DNA from: Stegostoma tigrinum
Taxonomy: Eukaryota
Length of the DNA stretch: 64,000 bases
Reading direction: 5' to 3'
Assembly: GCF_030684315.1 (NCBI RefSeq)
Contig: NC_081374.1
Location: 43,488,201 to 43,552,200 of the forward strand
The position numbers and the translations under genes were made by a program. The notes beneath the pieces were generated by a model, which did not search any database, was not told the origin of the DNA, and worked only from the letters and a program-made list of their open reading frames with translations. Of this stretch, positions 1-13,080 are shown piece by piece. The first letter of the stretch is position 1. Each line of letters begins with the position of its first letter.

Positions 1-48
1 AATAGCTAAAAGACAGGTGTGGTGTAATCTACTGAATTGCATAGTCAC

Positions 49-116
49 CTTTATGAAGTCCCTTCCAGATTTAACTTTCCATTCTGATTCATATACATTC
101 AAGTAGGTCCCTGGAC
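49..116 (-). CDS. ARID2: ARID2-like gene, exon 6 equivalent
   Basis: ttctttattttag|GTCCAGGG...TTCATAAAG|gtgact; 68 bp; phase 1 start continues exon 5; translates (S)PGTYLNVYESEWKVKSGRDFIK versus recalled ARID2 [23 protein letters not shown]. Confidence 0.9.
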
Positions 117-324
117 CTAAAATAAAGAATGTGTACTTTACTCATAATGAAAACAGAGATTCAAACAAATTTCAAACTCTGTATTTGTCCCCATTTGAAA
201 AATTTAACATATTAAAGTGGCTTGCTCATGTAGTGTGTGTAACACATAAATGACCATTTGTATGATTATAAAGAAAAATTTGTTCTAGACAACAGCAAAC
301 TACTCAACAACACAGTGACAAAGT

Positions 325-565
325 GTGTGCGTTGAGGGGGAGGAGAGAAAGAGAGCAAACAGCAGGGGGACAGAAGAAAGCAGAAGTAGGGGGTGAACAT
401 AGCAGGAGTGGAAGAAGAGAGAGCAGGAGCTGAGGAGGTGGGGGGGGAGAGCGGAAAGAGTTAGCACGTGGTAAAGAACAGGGAAGACAGCATGAGGGGT
501 GGGAAGTGGGAAAGAACAAGGGCAGCGATAAGAGCAGAAAGTGACAGAGTGGTGTGTGGAAGAGA
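325..565. repeat. Purine-rich (GA) low-complexity tract
   Basis: Mostly G/A on the + strand; explains the spurious ORF 304..519. Confidence 0.6.
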
Positions 566-2668
566 TCTATAAATGCAAATGGAAAATCTGGCTACATCAA
601 ACACGTGAGCATTGAATATAGTGATCTACATGTGAAAATTCTGTCTTCTCTTCATATTACCTTAAAATTATTGAGAATCGCTGAGTGCAGAGACACAGTG
701 GGTAAATGAAGTTGGTGTATTCAGTTGTGATTTAATTGAAACGTGGACTGTCTTGAGGCATGCTACCATTACATATGAATGTGTGGCACAGAAACAGACA
801 TTTGAATTTGTCTTGTTCATCTTTTAATGCCCCAAATCTTTAATTTTCATTCTGTTATCGGAAAAAATGGTTTTTTACACACAGTTACTCCTGACACTTA
901 TCAGCCAGGCTTCTGAAACCCATGACGCATAAACACAGACTTGAGCTGTGAGCTCGTACAAGTGTCATTTCTCTTGTAATTTTTCAGAATTGGTGTGCAC
1001 CTGTCAGCCAAATCATGATCCCTGGTGCTCCAACCCAAGATCTGCATTTTGGGATTAATCCTGCCCACTGCACTGCCCTCAGCAATACCACCAATACCAA
1101 ACCCAAGGCTACTGGCCTCCGAACCTTCTCTGTACAGGTATATTTCTTGCGGTATGCTAGTCTTCTAACATGCTGACATTCAAAATTTTAGCACAAAATT
1201 TTGCTGCAACAAGATACTCACATATTCCTGAAAGACCGATTTCACCTCATTTGGCACAACCAGTTGCTTGAGAGGTTGCCAGCTTTAATGTCTCAGGCAG
1301 TGCAACATTATGTGCAGGAAGTGCACGTTCTGCAGTGGGGGCATCACCAAACCCAACCTATTCCTTATGATCAAAGAATGCAATTCGATTTTGTTATTTC
1401 CCTTTGTCTCATCTTAATCTTGTCTCCCACATTCCACGTGTTCTCTTCCTTCCATTTTAATATTCAAATGCTCAAAGTAATTCTTAGATTCAATTTTCCT
1501 TTTTTTCTATTTATCCAGTGTCCTAGAAGCTTTATTATTTTCAGCTTTTAATTATTTTCTTTCTTGAACTCAGCTTATTATTGTGTGAAAATTTTCTTTA
1601 AGTTTCTGTCTTTGTTTCCACAACTTTTTTCCGGCTTCTCTCATTATCTCAATTTATTTGTTAACTTAGTCTTCATCCTGCTTAGGTATTTTTCCATCTT
1701 ATTCTTACACCTTACTATATAGTAATCAGAACCCTGAGGATACTGTTTTATTCTTACTATCTTTCTGTTACTTCTTATAATAGTGACTCTTTTCTCGTTA
1801 GACTAGCATATTGAACGAGAAAGGACGCCTATATACATGAGAAAAATACTTGTTTCCCTCTTCTCACTTTACATCACTTTATGCTAGTTTGAGAAACTTG
1901 GAATCTGCTGATACTATTATTCTGTGCCAATTATGCACCTTGTAAAATTTTCTTCCTTCAATTCACTTCCATGATTTTCCATTGTGTGGGATACCTCAAT
2001 TCGACAATAAATCCCTCCTTGCTTTGTAGCTCAATTTGTATAGACTGTGCATCTGTATGTGCGCTTTTTTTTCTACTGCCTTGATATCTTTAACTAGTAC
2101 TGTAACTCTGCTATTCCAAGCCCCTAACATGTTATATCATGCAATTTTTAGTTACGAATCCTGTTTTCAATGTAGGCCAATTTCAGTCCTACAGCGGGGT
2201 TTAAACTGTATGGAACAAAACTGCTTGCATTTGTACAGCCATTTCAATGGCTACAGACTGTTTCAAAGTGCTTTATATCTAATAAAGTATTGTTGGAGTA
2301 CAATCATTGTTGTATGTAGGAAACACAGCAGCCAAATTTGTGGAAATTAGTGAAAAAAATGTGGGGGCCAAATCTTAAGGGAAGCTAAAGAGAAATTACC
2401 ATTATAGAATAGCTATAACGGGGGTCTTCAACCACCCAAACATTGACTGGTAATATAAGGGGCAAGCATTCCTAGATTGTGTTTGGGGGAGCTTACAACA
2501 GAAATATGTGCCCAGGCCAACAAGGAAGGATGCATTGTTGCACCCGAACCTTGGAAATGAGATGGGCCAAATGGATCAAGCATCAGTGGGGGAACATTTC
2601 GGACAGTCATCATTGTATCATAAGATTCAGGATGGTGTTGGAAAATAACATGCAACGGTCCTTTGGAA

Positions 2669-2806
2669 TGGGGCAGCACGGTGGATCAGTGGTTAGCATT
2701 ACTGCCTCACAGCACCAGGCGCCGGGGTTCGAGTCCACCCTCAGGCGACTGTCTGTGGAGTTTGCACATTCTTCCCATGTCTGCGCTGGTATCCTCCGGG
2801 TGCTCA
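2669..2806 (+). mobile_element. HE1-like tRNA-derived SINE, 5' part
   Basis: gggcagcacggtggatcagtggttagc (A box) ... ggttcgagtcc (B box) ... tgtggagtttgcacattct; homologous to five other copies in the window. Confidence 0.85.
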
Positions 2807-3607
2807 GTGCTATCTGTTCTTTTGATTATGAGATGCCCTACAAATAGAAATCATTCAATTTTGCATTCTCTCCTTTAGACAGCCTTCTGCTCCAAATACT
2901 GGCTGCCTTTTTTCAGAGTCATTTCCCTCATCTGTTCAAGCATCAACACTGATCCAAAGCTGTGCCACCAAGCATTAATCCGGTTCGCCCCCGCCCAGGC
3001 TGTGTATAGGTTGTTTCTGTTCAGACCCTTGATAGTCATAAGAAAAACAGGTTCACGCACTGTAACAAATTGGCTGCATGTTACAAACAAAAATCAACGT
3101 TTATTATTCATAAATACTTGGAGTCTCTTACACAGGTCGACTGGACCTCCTATACATTCTCCTTACCTAGCTGAGTCAGACTTGTTTCGTTCTGAAATCT
3201 TTTTTCCTCTGATGTGACTGTACTCTGAAGTAAATTATCTAGTCATAATACCACATTAAACTCTTACTAATTCAAGCTCAACATTAACCTATGAAGAAAG
3301 TATACACTAAATTTCTCCATACTTACATACACATTTGGATTAATTTCCTCAGGCTTGCCACGTCTATCCATGCACTGAGTACAAAATCATTATTCTGCCA
3401 GTGCAATTAATTTTTTGTTGGCTCAATGCATCCTTCCTTTCTTCACCAAATTATCATTATCACGCTCAAATTTCTCTTTTTTTGAAAAATGCCTCTCACT
3501 TCTACCAGCTGTGCTCTGAACCAGGCATACTTTTATTCCTATGCCAACTTCTGAAATTTTGACGATTCCATAACATATATTCTTACAGATTGCAAGACGT
3601 TACTTAC

Positions 3608-3826
3608 TATCGTCAAAAATCCCAGCATGTGCAAGCAGCAGTGTAACCACTTTTGGGTCTTTTTCCATTTGCAGTACTTGTTTGTTCCCATGTGACATTA
3701 GCGTACACACGTTGATTGCAAAGTCCACTTCATTTGGAAGTCCCGACAGTAAAGACAGCACCACTTTATTATAATCGCTGATCGTGGTAAATTCCGTAAA
3801 AAGCCCATAACCGCGACGTACACTTT
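3608..3826 (-). CDS. ARID2: ARID2-like gene, exon 5 equivalent
   Basis: ttctcttctttcag|AAAGTGTACG...GACGATA|gtaagta; 219 bp; translates (E)[72 protein letters not shown]. Contains the ARID1/ARID2 signature [20 protein letters not shown]. Not in the ORF track. Confidence 0.96.
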
Positions 3827-4081
3827 CTGAAAGAAGAGAATAGCATTGGATTCTTTTATCTCCAAATTATAACGCAATCAGGTTTGGCAAAAGTCTAAAA
3901 TCATGCAAGCCACATCACATATGCAGCTTAACAGCGCAAAGATCTGACAAGACATGGACAGTTTATAAACAAACTGTTGACAAGCTTACATAATTCACTG
4001 CCCGCACCCCCCAACTACCCCAAAAATAAATCATACAATTAATTACTACAGCTTTTGGAGGTTCTTCCTGTTGGCACTTAC

Positions 4082-4215
4082 CTGGGATAATGTGCTGATG
4101 CCGATTATAAAATAAATGAACCCCAGAGACTACACCCTGTGGTCGAGAATTGGTTGGGGTAAGTACTTCATCGTCCTCACCAAAATGATGCAACTTCTCG
4201 TAACTCTCCAGGTAC
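4082..4215 (-). CDS. ARID2: ARID2-like gene, exon 4 equivalent
   Basis: tttgtacag|GTACCTGGAG...ATCCCAG|gtaagtg; 134 bp; translates (R)YLESYEKLHHFGEDDEVLTPTNSRPQGVVSGVHLFYNRHQHIIP. Matches recalled ARID2 YLEKYEKVHHFGEDD. Lies within ORF 3963..4247. Confidence 0.95.
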
Positions 4216-5494
4216 CTGTACAAAGCATACAGTAGGGAACTAAACACAGTTTCCTTGTGGATGGCATTGCAGTAAATGGGTCAGTCTTTTAGCAGTTATA
4301 TAAAATTTAATAAGGTAAGCAGTATTACAGCTGAAGTCCTGCACACGTCCATCCTCAGGCTGCAACAGTCAATTATAATTAACTTAATTCTATGTTAAGG
4401 GACAACAGAACGCGTGATAGTATCAACACAAATTACTTAAACTAAGCAAAAACAGTAGATTGATGCTCGCTGATACCAAATTAGGGATATAGCAAACTGT
4501 GAAGAATAAAGGACTTGCAAAAGCACATGAAAACAGCCTCCTGGAGCAGACAGTTGGGTGCCAAGTTGCACTAGAATGCAGAGAAATATTAAGTTCAACT
4601 GCACATTTTGGGGAAAAAGCCCAACTCCTTTGTCCCATCAATACAAAGTTAAGTGTATTGATCAAATAGAACTGAGTGTGGGATATTTACAAGTTATTAA
4701 GGATTTCATTACTATTATGCTAGACTCAAAACAGATTATTACTGCTTATCTATCTCATTCAGCATAGAATCTTGTAATCAATTTGAAGATCTAGAGACAT
4801 GATTTCTGTCCTACTGTCCTATCCATGCTGATAAATAACTCAATCTGGAAATAAGTTAGACCTGATGGGGCTGTACTGTTTATACAGTCTACTGAAAGTG
4901 GACTTGCAAAACGAAGGCACTATATCAAGTGTACCATATTGTTTTCCAATTTATCTCCAAAGCAGCTGACAGCATAACTTCAAGATATCTTTTAAGCAAA
5001 ATGTTTACATTATTCTTTGAAAATGAATTTTCAGAAGGAAGATAGTTACTTGGATGTGATGTTATCTGCAGAAAACAAAGCTAAAATTTACTGGAAATAT
5101 CGCACCAAGTACAAAATTTCAAATCTAACTCAATGAGAGAAATTCCAGTTGTGCACTGTACTGCAAGAAATCTCTCTACTTACAAAATGTAGAAAAGTTT
5201 TCTCTTTGTAATCCATTAATCATAAAATAAACACAGAGCATGAAGACAGATTTCTGAGAGCTCTGCCAAGAATGCTCCAGCTAAACCAAGTAGGTTTGGA
5301 ACCTATTTCTACTTTTCCTTCCCAACCCCCTGTTACTTTAAATGATCAGTCACAGTAACCTCACAGACATCAACGCCCATCACCAAAAGGTAGCTCAGTA
5401 GTGCCATCAGTGACTGAACTGGCAGTGTCCTGAAGAACAAACCTAATGCAGTGGACCTGTACCAGATGAAATCATGAGGGTAAAGCCTACTTTG

Positions 5495-5730
5495 TTTTAT
5501 TCAAATCAGAGGATGTGAACATCGCCAGCTAGGTCAGCATTTACTGTCCATTGACAGTCTGGAACGACACATAGTGAAGACCAGACTAGCATGTCAGATT
5601 TCCTTCGCTTAAGAACTCAGTAAACCAAATGAGTTTTCCCCACAATTGTCAACTGTTTCATGGTTGTCATTTAAGTCTTAAATCCAGACTTGACCTCATC
5701 GATACAAATTCAATCTGTCACAACTGCCCA
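5495..5730 (-). mobile_element. Second SINE family (possibly SacSINE1-like), degenerate
   Basis: Homologous to 31372-31703 (ggtcagcatttactg...accaga...gtaaaccaaatgagttt). Confidence 0.55.
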
Positions 5731-6511
5731 TAAAAGCAAGCGCTGTACAATCCATGGAGAAATAAAAATGTTGTTTTCATACAGAGGACATTTGGCATAA
5801 TTTTGTTCAACACTATTACAATTCTAAATTGGTTAGATTCAGAATAAATTTAAAAGCTCAAAACTGGACATCCAGAATGCATAATGAGTCAGCAGTAATA
5901 CTACTCTGCACCACAAACTGCAACCTCAGATTCCCCACTCTACCATACATTTAATCCAAAGAATCAGCCCAAGTTCAATGCGGAACATATGAATACTAGG
6001 ATCATCATTGGTCATATCTAAAGATAAAAAGGTAACAACCTGTTAAGTGCTTCATGTTGCCTGTGGCTTCTTTCCTCTTCACCCAAAATTAATATATTCT
6101 GGATCTTAACCCTTGCAACAATCAAAGCAATTTCTTCCCATCTGTTCCATCTTAGATCTCTAAACATTTTGAACAATACTTATTAAAGCTCCCGTCAACC
6201 TTCACTTCGACAAGAACAATGACAGCTTCTCCAATTAACCTACATAATTGAAATCCATGATCCCTAGCAATAGAACTAGAAAAAAAAATTAGATTCATTT
6301 ATTTTTCAATAAACCAAATTATAACAACAGGGGATGCTTTATCATAAGTGCTCATTTAAGAAGCAATTATATATTTTATAACCTTACAAATGATAGGGTT
6401 TTTGCAAACATAAAAAATTGAAGGAATTCCAAACAATCTCAGAGTAGAGCGCATTGGTGAAGAACCAACAGACATGATAGATCAAATGAGTCTTTTTCTT
6501 TCCCCTAAATA

Positions 6512-6850
6512 CAGAATCCCTAGAGTGCGGAAACAGGCCATTTGGCCCAACAGGTCCATATTGCCCCTCCGAAGAACATCCCACACGGATCCATTTCCTG
6601 AGCCTTGCATTTCCCAAGTCCAACCCACGTAATCTACACATCTCTGAACGCTATGGGGCAATTTCCGGCCAATCTACCTATCCTGCGCAGCTTTGGACTG
6701 TGGGAGGAAACCAGAGCACCTGGAGGGAACCCATGCAGACATGGGGAGGATGTGCAAACTCCACACAGACAGTCACCTGAGGCTGGAATCAAACTCGTGT
6801 CCCTGGCATTGTGAGACAGCAGTACTAGCCACTGAGCCACTGCGCTGCCC
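6512..6850 (-). mobile_element. HE1-like SINE, near full length
   Basis: Reverse complement starts gggcagcgcagtggctcagtgg, has a B-box-like gtttgattcc, and ends in the CR1-type tail ggcctgtttccgcactctagggattctgt. Confidence 0.88.
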
Positions 6851-8414
6851 GGGCAGTAAAAATTCTTATCATTTCTTTCAAATCGTTTATTGGAATTTTC
6901 AGTTCCCTGCAAAATTATTCACTTCATCAGTCTACTTCTGAACAGAATCTCTGTTGTGCACTGACGCAATTATTCAACTCAATGACAGTTAGTACTTAAT
7001 TTGTTTGCAGTTACTTAACCCGTCAGTTAGAACTTCTAAGTGACTAGCTATTCTAGTTTCAAATTCTACATTTTGGTGTTCTATGCCAAATTGGAACTGT
7101 GAATCTTAGATCTGATTGATCCCAACTAACCAGAGAATAATACCATTCATTCAGCATCAACAAGCAGAAAAAGACCCAGTACAACCAAACAACAGAAAAC
7201 ATTAGGCAAAATAAAGGTGATGATTGTTGAGACCACAAAAAGTGTAAAGTGAAATTGTAATGAGATATTAACTGTAGAAAGAGAAAGCAAACATAACCCA
7301 GTCTGCACAGCACATCCCACAATGTCAAATACATCCAGATTGCAAGTATATTTTGTAAAGTTTCTTCTTAATAGATCAGAGCTCTAAATTAAGTATTCAG
7401 TTTCAGTTGTTCAATGATGAATGGTTGAAGTGAGACTCCAACTTGGAGTAGAATACAAAAACCCATCCCCAACTTGTGCTCAAAATAGTTGACTTGAGTC
7501 TTGAGTTGATAGCATAAATAAAGGATCTACTTTCTCTGGTGGGAGAAATCAAGATCAAAAAGGACAAACAGTGTGAGAGCAGAGCTTTAATTTTAAGGAT
7601 TTCGGAAATCCAAAACAGAAGCAGCAGTTCTCCCTCCTAACCACACACTTCACTGGTCCCCACTGCCTACCACCACCCCCCACCCACCCAACCCTGCCAA
7701 GAAAAAGGTTGCTGGAATATTGGCATCAAAGATATATATCTGTTAGGTTTGGATATCCAAATATGTAGAGTGGGCGAGTAGGATGAGCTAAGTGATGATG
7801 AGGTACAGTATATCAGCTGTAATCTGATTCAATGCAGGATAGGCATGAGAAGCTAAATGATCTTTTTTTGCTCCAATTGTTCTCTTACATTCCCAATTAC
7901 TGTACTGACAATTAAAAAAATCAAATCATAGTGTTAGTTATGCTACATCAGAGAGGAGCAAAATCCTACTTCCATTTCAGAGCTGGCTTGTTTTATTGAT
8001 TACTGTTTGAGACTACTGGATATGGTGAAATTTGATCCAATTAGATTCATGGAATACTGAAACCATTATCTTTAGTTCTGGTATAAATTCAGTTACCTAG
8101 CCATCGATTGCAACTGCTCCCTGGCAACTGCCTGAACCTAAACCAGATGATTCATAACTTTGTTGTCAAATTTAAATCTATAATGAGCTTCCAGTCAGAC
8201 ATGAGACTTGTGCTATCTTTAAGATTACTTATGTTACCCAATTCTACACTTGCCCCAGCTTATTTGCTCCTAACTTGCATGCAACTCTTTTTTTTAAACC
8301 TCTGTTTCACGACTTGAACACAGACCTACCAAGCCACCCATATTTATCCTATATGTCCAAAGTTATTTCAGCCAAATACTACACCTGTCAACTTACTCTT
8401 GATCATCAGTAAAC

Positions 8415-8875
8415 TGACAAGAGGGTCATCAGTAGTGTCATTACGCAGCACTTGCTCAGCTAGAACCTGTTCACTGACACTGTGTTTCAGTTCTCAGAGG
8501 GAAACTCAGCACAGCCATGGTTCAAACGTAGATAACAAAGCTGAATTGCACAGGTCAGGTGGCAGTGAATGAAAACCATATTTGACTGATTGTGACATTA
8601 AGTGGCTTCTCCAAAAATTACAGTAATTGGGGGAGAACACTACTGGTTGGAGTCATATTCAACAAGAAGGAAGGTGTCTGATTTTTGGAGGTCAGACATG
8701 TCAACTCCAGGACATCGCTGCAGGTGCCCCTTAGGGGAGTGCCCTAGGTCCAATCAATGGCCTGCTACATCACAAGGTCAGATATATACTGATAGTTGCA
8801 CAACATTCAGCACCATTCAGGCCTCTTCCGATGCTGAAGCAGTCTGTGCCCAAATACAGAACAACTTGGACTAAT
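8415..8875 (+). mobile_element. LINE RT fragment, family 2 (clade uncertain), degenerate
   Basis: Homologous to 20330-21730 and 35760-35990 (ctccaggacatc.ctgcagg, gatrctgaagcagtc motifs). Confidence 0.6.
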
Positions 8876-9053
8876 ATAACTGCACAAAGACTGCTTCCTG
8901 TCACCATGTCAGCCTTTTATTGTGCACAGTAAACTGGCTGTGACCAGCCAGTTTGGGAGTTAGCCCTCAACTGAGGAGATTCGAATCTCAATTTTTTCTT
9001 TTTTTTTTGTAGGGTGCTGATCAGACATGTGAATAGTTGAAATTGGTTGGCTG

Positions 9054-9277
9054 TGAAATAACTGCAGAGGGGCCGGGTCCCACCAGCAAGTCACCCTTTA
9101 TTTATATTAGTGCATGGTACACTGGTTGTAGCCAGCAGCTTTGGAGTTAACCCTCAACTGAGGAGATTCTAATCTCCTCATTACATTAGTTAGCCAAGGT
9201 TTTCCTGATTGGCTCAGGCTAACAACTCCAATCAAGAACCTCAGGTCAACAAGGTCCACTTGGTTCCAATCACTACA
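9054..9277 (-). mobile_element. Gypsy-type LTR (3' LTR of the remnant at 11620-12070); partial second copy at ~8900-8990
   Basis: Minus strand TGTAGTGA...AATAAAGGGTGAC...TTATTTCA with TG..CA ends and a poly(A) signal; ~85 bp is directly repeated at 8905-8990 (ccctcaactgaggagatt). Confidence 0.6.
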
Positions 9278-9295
9278 ACCTCCAAGTTACTCCAA

Positions 9296-11620
9296 GATGG
9301 ATTCTTGGAACAGCTGGTACTGGAGCCTACCAAGGCAATTCTGGATCTGGTGTTGTGCAATGAACCGGATTTGATCAGTGATCTCAAAGTAAAGGAGCCA
9401 TTAGGAGGTAGTGACCATAATACGATAAGTTTTAACCTGCATTTTGAGAGGGAGAAGGGAGAATCGGAAGTGTCAGTATTGCAGTCGAACAAAGGGAACT
9501 ATGGAGCTGAGGGAGGAGCTGGCCAAAGTTCAATGGTTCAATACCCTCGCAGGGATGGCAGTGGAACAACAATGGCAGGTATTTCTGGATATAATGCAGA
9601 AGGTGCAGGATCAGTTCATTCCAAAGAGGAAGAAAGATCCTAAGGGAAGGCAGGGGCGGCTGTGGCTGATGAGGCAAGTTAAGGACTGTATAAACATTAA
9701 AAAAAGAATAACATAGCAAAGCTGAGCAGGAAGCTGGAGGGCTGGGAAAGTTTTAAAGAGCAACAGAGGATAACTAAAAAGGCAATACGTGGAGAAAAAG
9801 TGAGGTACGAAGGCACACTGGCCAAAAATATAAAGGAGGATAGTAAAACCTTTTTTAGGTATGTGAAAAGAAAAAAATGGTTAAGACTAAATTTGGGCCC
9901 TTGATGATAGAAACGGGTGAATTTATTATGGGGAAGAGTTGAATAGGTACTTTGGATGTGTCTTCACTAGGGAAGACACAAGCAATCTCCCAGATGTTAT
10001 AGTGGCTGAAGGACCTTGGGTAATGGATGAACTGAAGGAAATTTATATTAGGCAGGAAATGGTGTTGGATAGATTGTTAGGTCTGAAGGCTGATAAGTCC
10101 CCAGGACCTGATGGTCTGCATCCCAGGGTACTTAAGGAGGTGGCTCTACAAATCGTGGACACATTGATAATTATTTTCCAATGTTCTATAGATTCAGGAT
10201 CAGTCCCTGTGGATTGGAGGGAGGCTAATGTTGTCCCACTTTTTAAGAAAGGAGGGAGAGAGAAAACAGGGAATTGTAAACCTGTTAGCCTGACGTCAGT
10301 GGTGGAAAAGATGCTGGAGTCAATTATAAAAGATGAAATTACACATCATTTGGATAGCATTAACAGGGTAGGTCAGAGTCAGCATAGATTTATGAAAGGG
10401 AAATCGTGCTTGACTAATCTTCTGGAATTTTTTGAGAATGTAACTATGAAGATGGACAAGGGAGAGCCAGTGGATGTAGTATACCTGGACTTTCAGAAAG
10501 CCTTTGATAAAGTACCACATAGGAGATTAGTGAGCAAAATTAGGGCACATGGTATTGGGGGCAAAATACTGGCTTGGATTGAAAACTAAAGAATGGCAGG
10601 CAGGGACCAGTGGCGTTCCATAAGGTTCGGTGCTGGGACCGCAGCTATTTACAATATACATTAATGATATAGATGAAGGCATTAAAAGTAATATTAGCAA
10701 ATTTGCTGATGAGACAAAGCTGGGTGGCAGGGTGAAATGCGAAGATGATGTTACGAGAATACAGGGTGACTTAGACAGGCTAGGTGAGTGGACGGATGCA
10801 TGGCAGATGCAGTTTAATGTGGATATATGTGTGGTTATCCACTTTGGAGGCAAGAACAGGAAGGCAGATTACTATCTAAATGGAATCAAGTTAGGGAAAG
10901 GGGAAGCTCAACGAGATCTGGGTGTTCTTGTACATCAGTCAATGAAAGCAAGCATGCAGGTACAACAGGCAGTGAAGAAAGCTAATGGCATGCTGGCCTT
11001 CATAACAAGAGGAGCTGGGTACAGGAGCAAAGAGGTCCTTCTGCAGCTGTACAGGGCCCTGGTGAGATCGCACCTGGAGTACTGTGTGCAGTTTTGGTCT
11101 CCAAATTTGAGGAAGAACGTTCTGGCTATTGAGGGAGCGCAGCAAAGGTTCACAAGGTCAATTCCCAGAATGGCAGGAGTATCATATGTTGAAAGATTGG
11201 AGCAACTGGGCTTGTATACACTTGAGTTTAGGAGGATGAGAGGGGATCTGATTGAGGCATGTAAGATTATTAAGAGATTGGACAATCTGGAGGTAGGAAA
11301 TATGTTTCTGCTGATGGGGGAGTCCAGAACCAGAGGAGACAGTTTAAAAATAAGAGGTAGGCCATTTAGAACAGAGTTGAGGAGAAACTTCTTCACCCAG
11401 AGAGTGGTGGATATATGGAATGCTCTGCCCCAGAAGGCAGTGGAGGCCAACCCTCTGGATACTTTCAAGAAAGAGATAGATAGAGCTCTTAAAAGATAGT
11501 GGAATCAAGGGTTATGGGGATAAGGCAGGAACAGGATACTGATCAGCCATGATCATAATGAATGGTGGTGCTGGCTCGAAGGTCCGAATGGCCTACTTCT
11601 GCACCTATTGTCTATTGTCT
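9296..11620 (+). mobile_element. CR1-clade LINE, 5'-truncated, relatively young, broken ORF2
   Basis: ORFs 9209.., 9939..10589 and 10630..11499 contain EN end (ILDLVL, GSDHN), SPGPDG, YLDFQKAFDKVPH, KFADETK and HLEYCVQFWSP; 3' tail ctattgtctattgtcta. Confidence 0.93.
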
Positions 11621-12070
11621 AACCCTTCCCACTCAAATCCAGGCATAAAGGCCTGGTATTCTGCTTGGAGCTTCTGTTGCGATGTTTTCACTGCAGGTCC
11701 ACTGCCCCTGACTCGGACTCAGACGTCAACGGCACTTACAGACCATGGCCTACTTCTTGCATCCAATATCGAGGCAGCATCCATTTTGGACTCCGGGGTT
11801 TCCCAGACATAATAGAGGGAGAGCACTTGCGGTTTCTGACGGGTATTCAGGCTCCTCTGAGGGCCCAAGTATGCTTTGCTCTGCCTCGTTTGCAAGGTAA
11901 CAGCTTTCAGGTGATCCACATGTTTGTTCAGGACTGTATCACCTACCTGAACTTTAAAGTCACAGGACCTGACCTCACATCAACGTCGCCTCATACCCAC
12001 ACAGGGCTATTTCTATGGTTCCGGCACCAAACTCTGGCCCCTGAACGAAACTGTCTCTCTCGCTTACAGC
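11620..12070 (-). mobile_element. Gypsy LTR retrotransposon remnant: integrase C-terminus and 3' region
   Basis: Minus-strand translation near 11900-12030 gives VWCRNHRNSPVWV*GDVDVRSGPVT..VQVGDTVLNKHVDHLK, resembling the Gypsy integrase C-terminal module (W..G.V...GPV.Y.V...RHVDQL). Confidence 0.65.
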
Positions 12071-12351
12071 AAGTATTTGGTCTGCATTGGCATTCCTGCT
12101 ACACAGTATGCTTGTTGTGTAATCAACAGCTAAGGGAAACAGTTTTACCTTATACAGACAAAAAAAAACACACCAAAAGAGGAAAAACTTGAAAGAGGAG
12201 AGATTGATATTCATGAAAACAGTTACAGAAAGACTGCAATAAAGTTAAGACTGGACACTCAAAATTGCAATCAGTGCAAAAGTAGCTTGAAAATCAGCAA
12301 AAGACAAAAATAATTGATGGAGCAAACTAAAATATGCATCATAAAGTCACT

Positions 12352-13080
12352 GCGTCATAGAGATGTACAGCATAGAAAATAGACCCTTCGGTCCAACTCC
12401 ATGCTGACCAGATATCCCAAAGTAATCTAGTCCCACTTGTCAGCATTGGGCCCATAGCCCTGTAAATCCTTCCCATTCATTTCCCCATCCAGGTAACTTT
12501 TTAAATATACTAATTGTACCAGCCTCCATCACTTCCTCTAGCAGCTCATTCTATACATGCATGGAAAAATTGCCTCTCAAGCATATTTTAAAATCTTGCC
12601 CCTCTCACTTTAAACCTATGGCCTCTTGTTTTGGACTCACCCCCACCCCTCCTCCACCCTCCCAAAAAAAAACACAGGGAAAAGACCTTGTCTGTTCATC
12701 CTATCCTCATGATTTTATAAATCTCTAAGGTCATCTCTCAGATGGACACCCTTTTAAATCTTTTCTGAATCCTCTGAAATCTCAATATCTTTACTAAAGC
12801 AAAGAGACCAGAACTGAACACAGTATTCCAAAAGTAGCCTAACCAATGTCCTGTACAGCTGCAGTATGACCTCCCAACTTCTACACTCAATGCCCTGACC
12901 AATAAAGGCAAGTGCGCCAAATTCCTTCTTCACTACTGTCTACTTGTGACTTCATTTTCAAGGAACTATGAACCTGCATTCCAAGGTGTCTCTTTGTTTG
13001 GCAACACTCTACAGATCTTTACCATTAAGTATATAAGTCCTGCCCTGATTTGCCTTCCCAAATTGCAGCATTTCCTATTA
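12352..13080 (-). mobile_element. CR1 (HER1-like) LINE 3' fragment
   Basis: Reverse complement shows RT C-terminal sequence (ggaatactgtgttcagttctggtc) and a 3' tail shared with the HE1 SINEs. Confidence 0.8.

Noticed and set aside
3380-3470. FGEE-containing reading resembling ARID2 exon 6
   Set aside because: In-frame stops lie immediately upstream and there is no acceptor; the true exon 6 is at 49-116.
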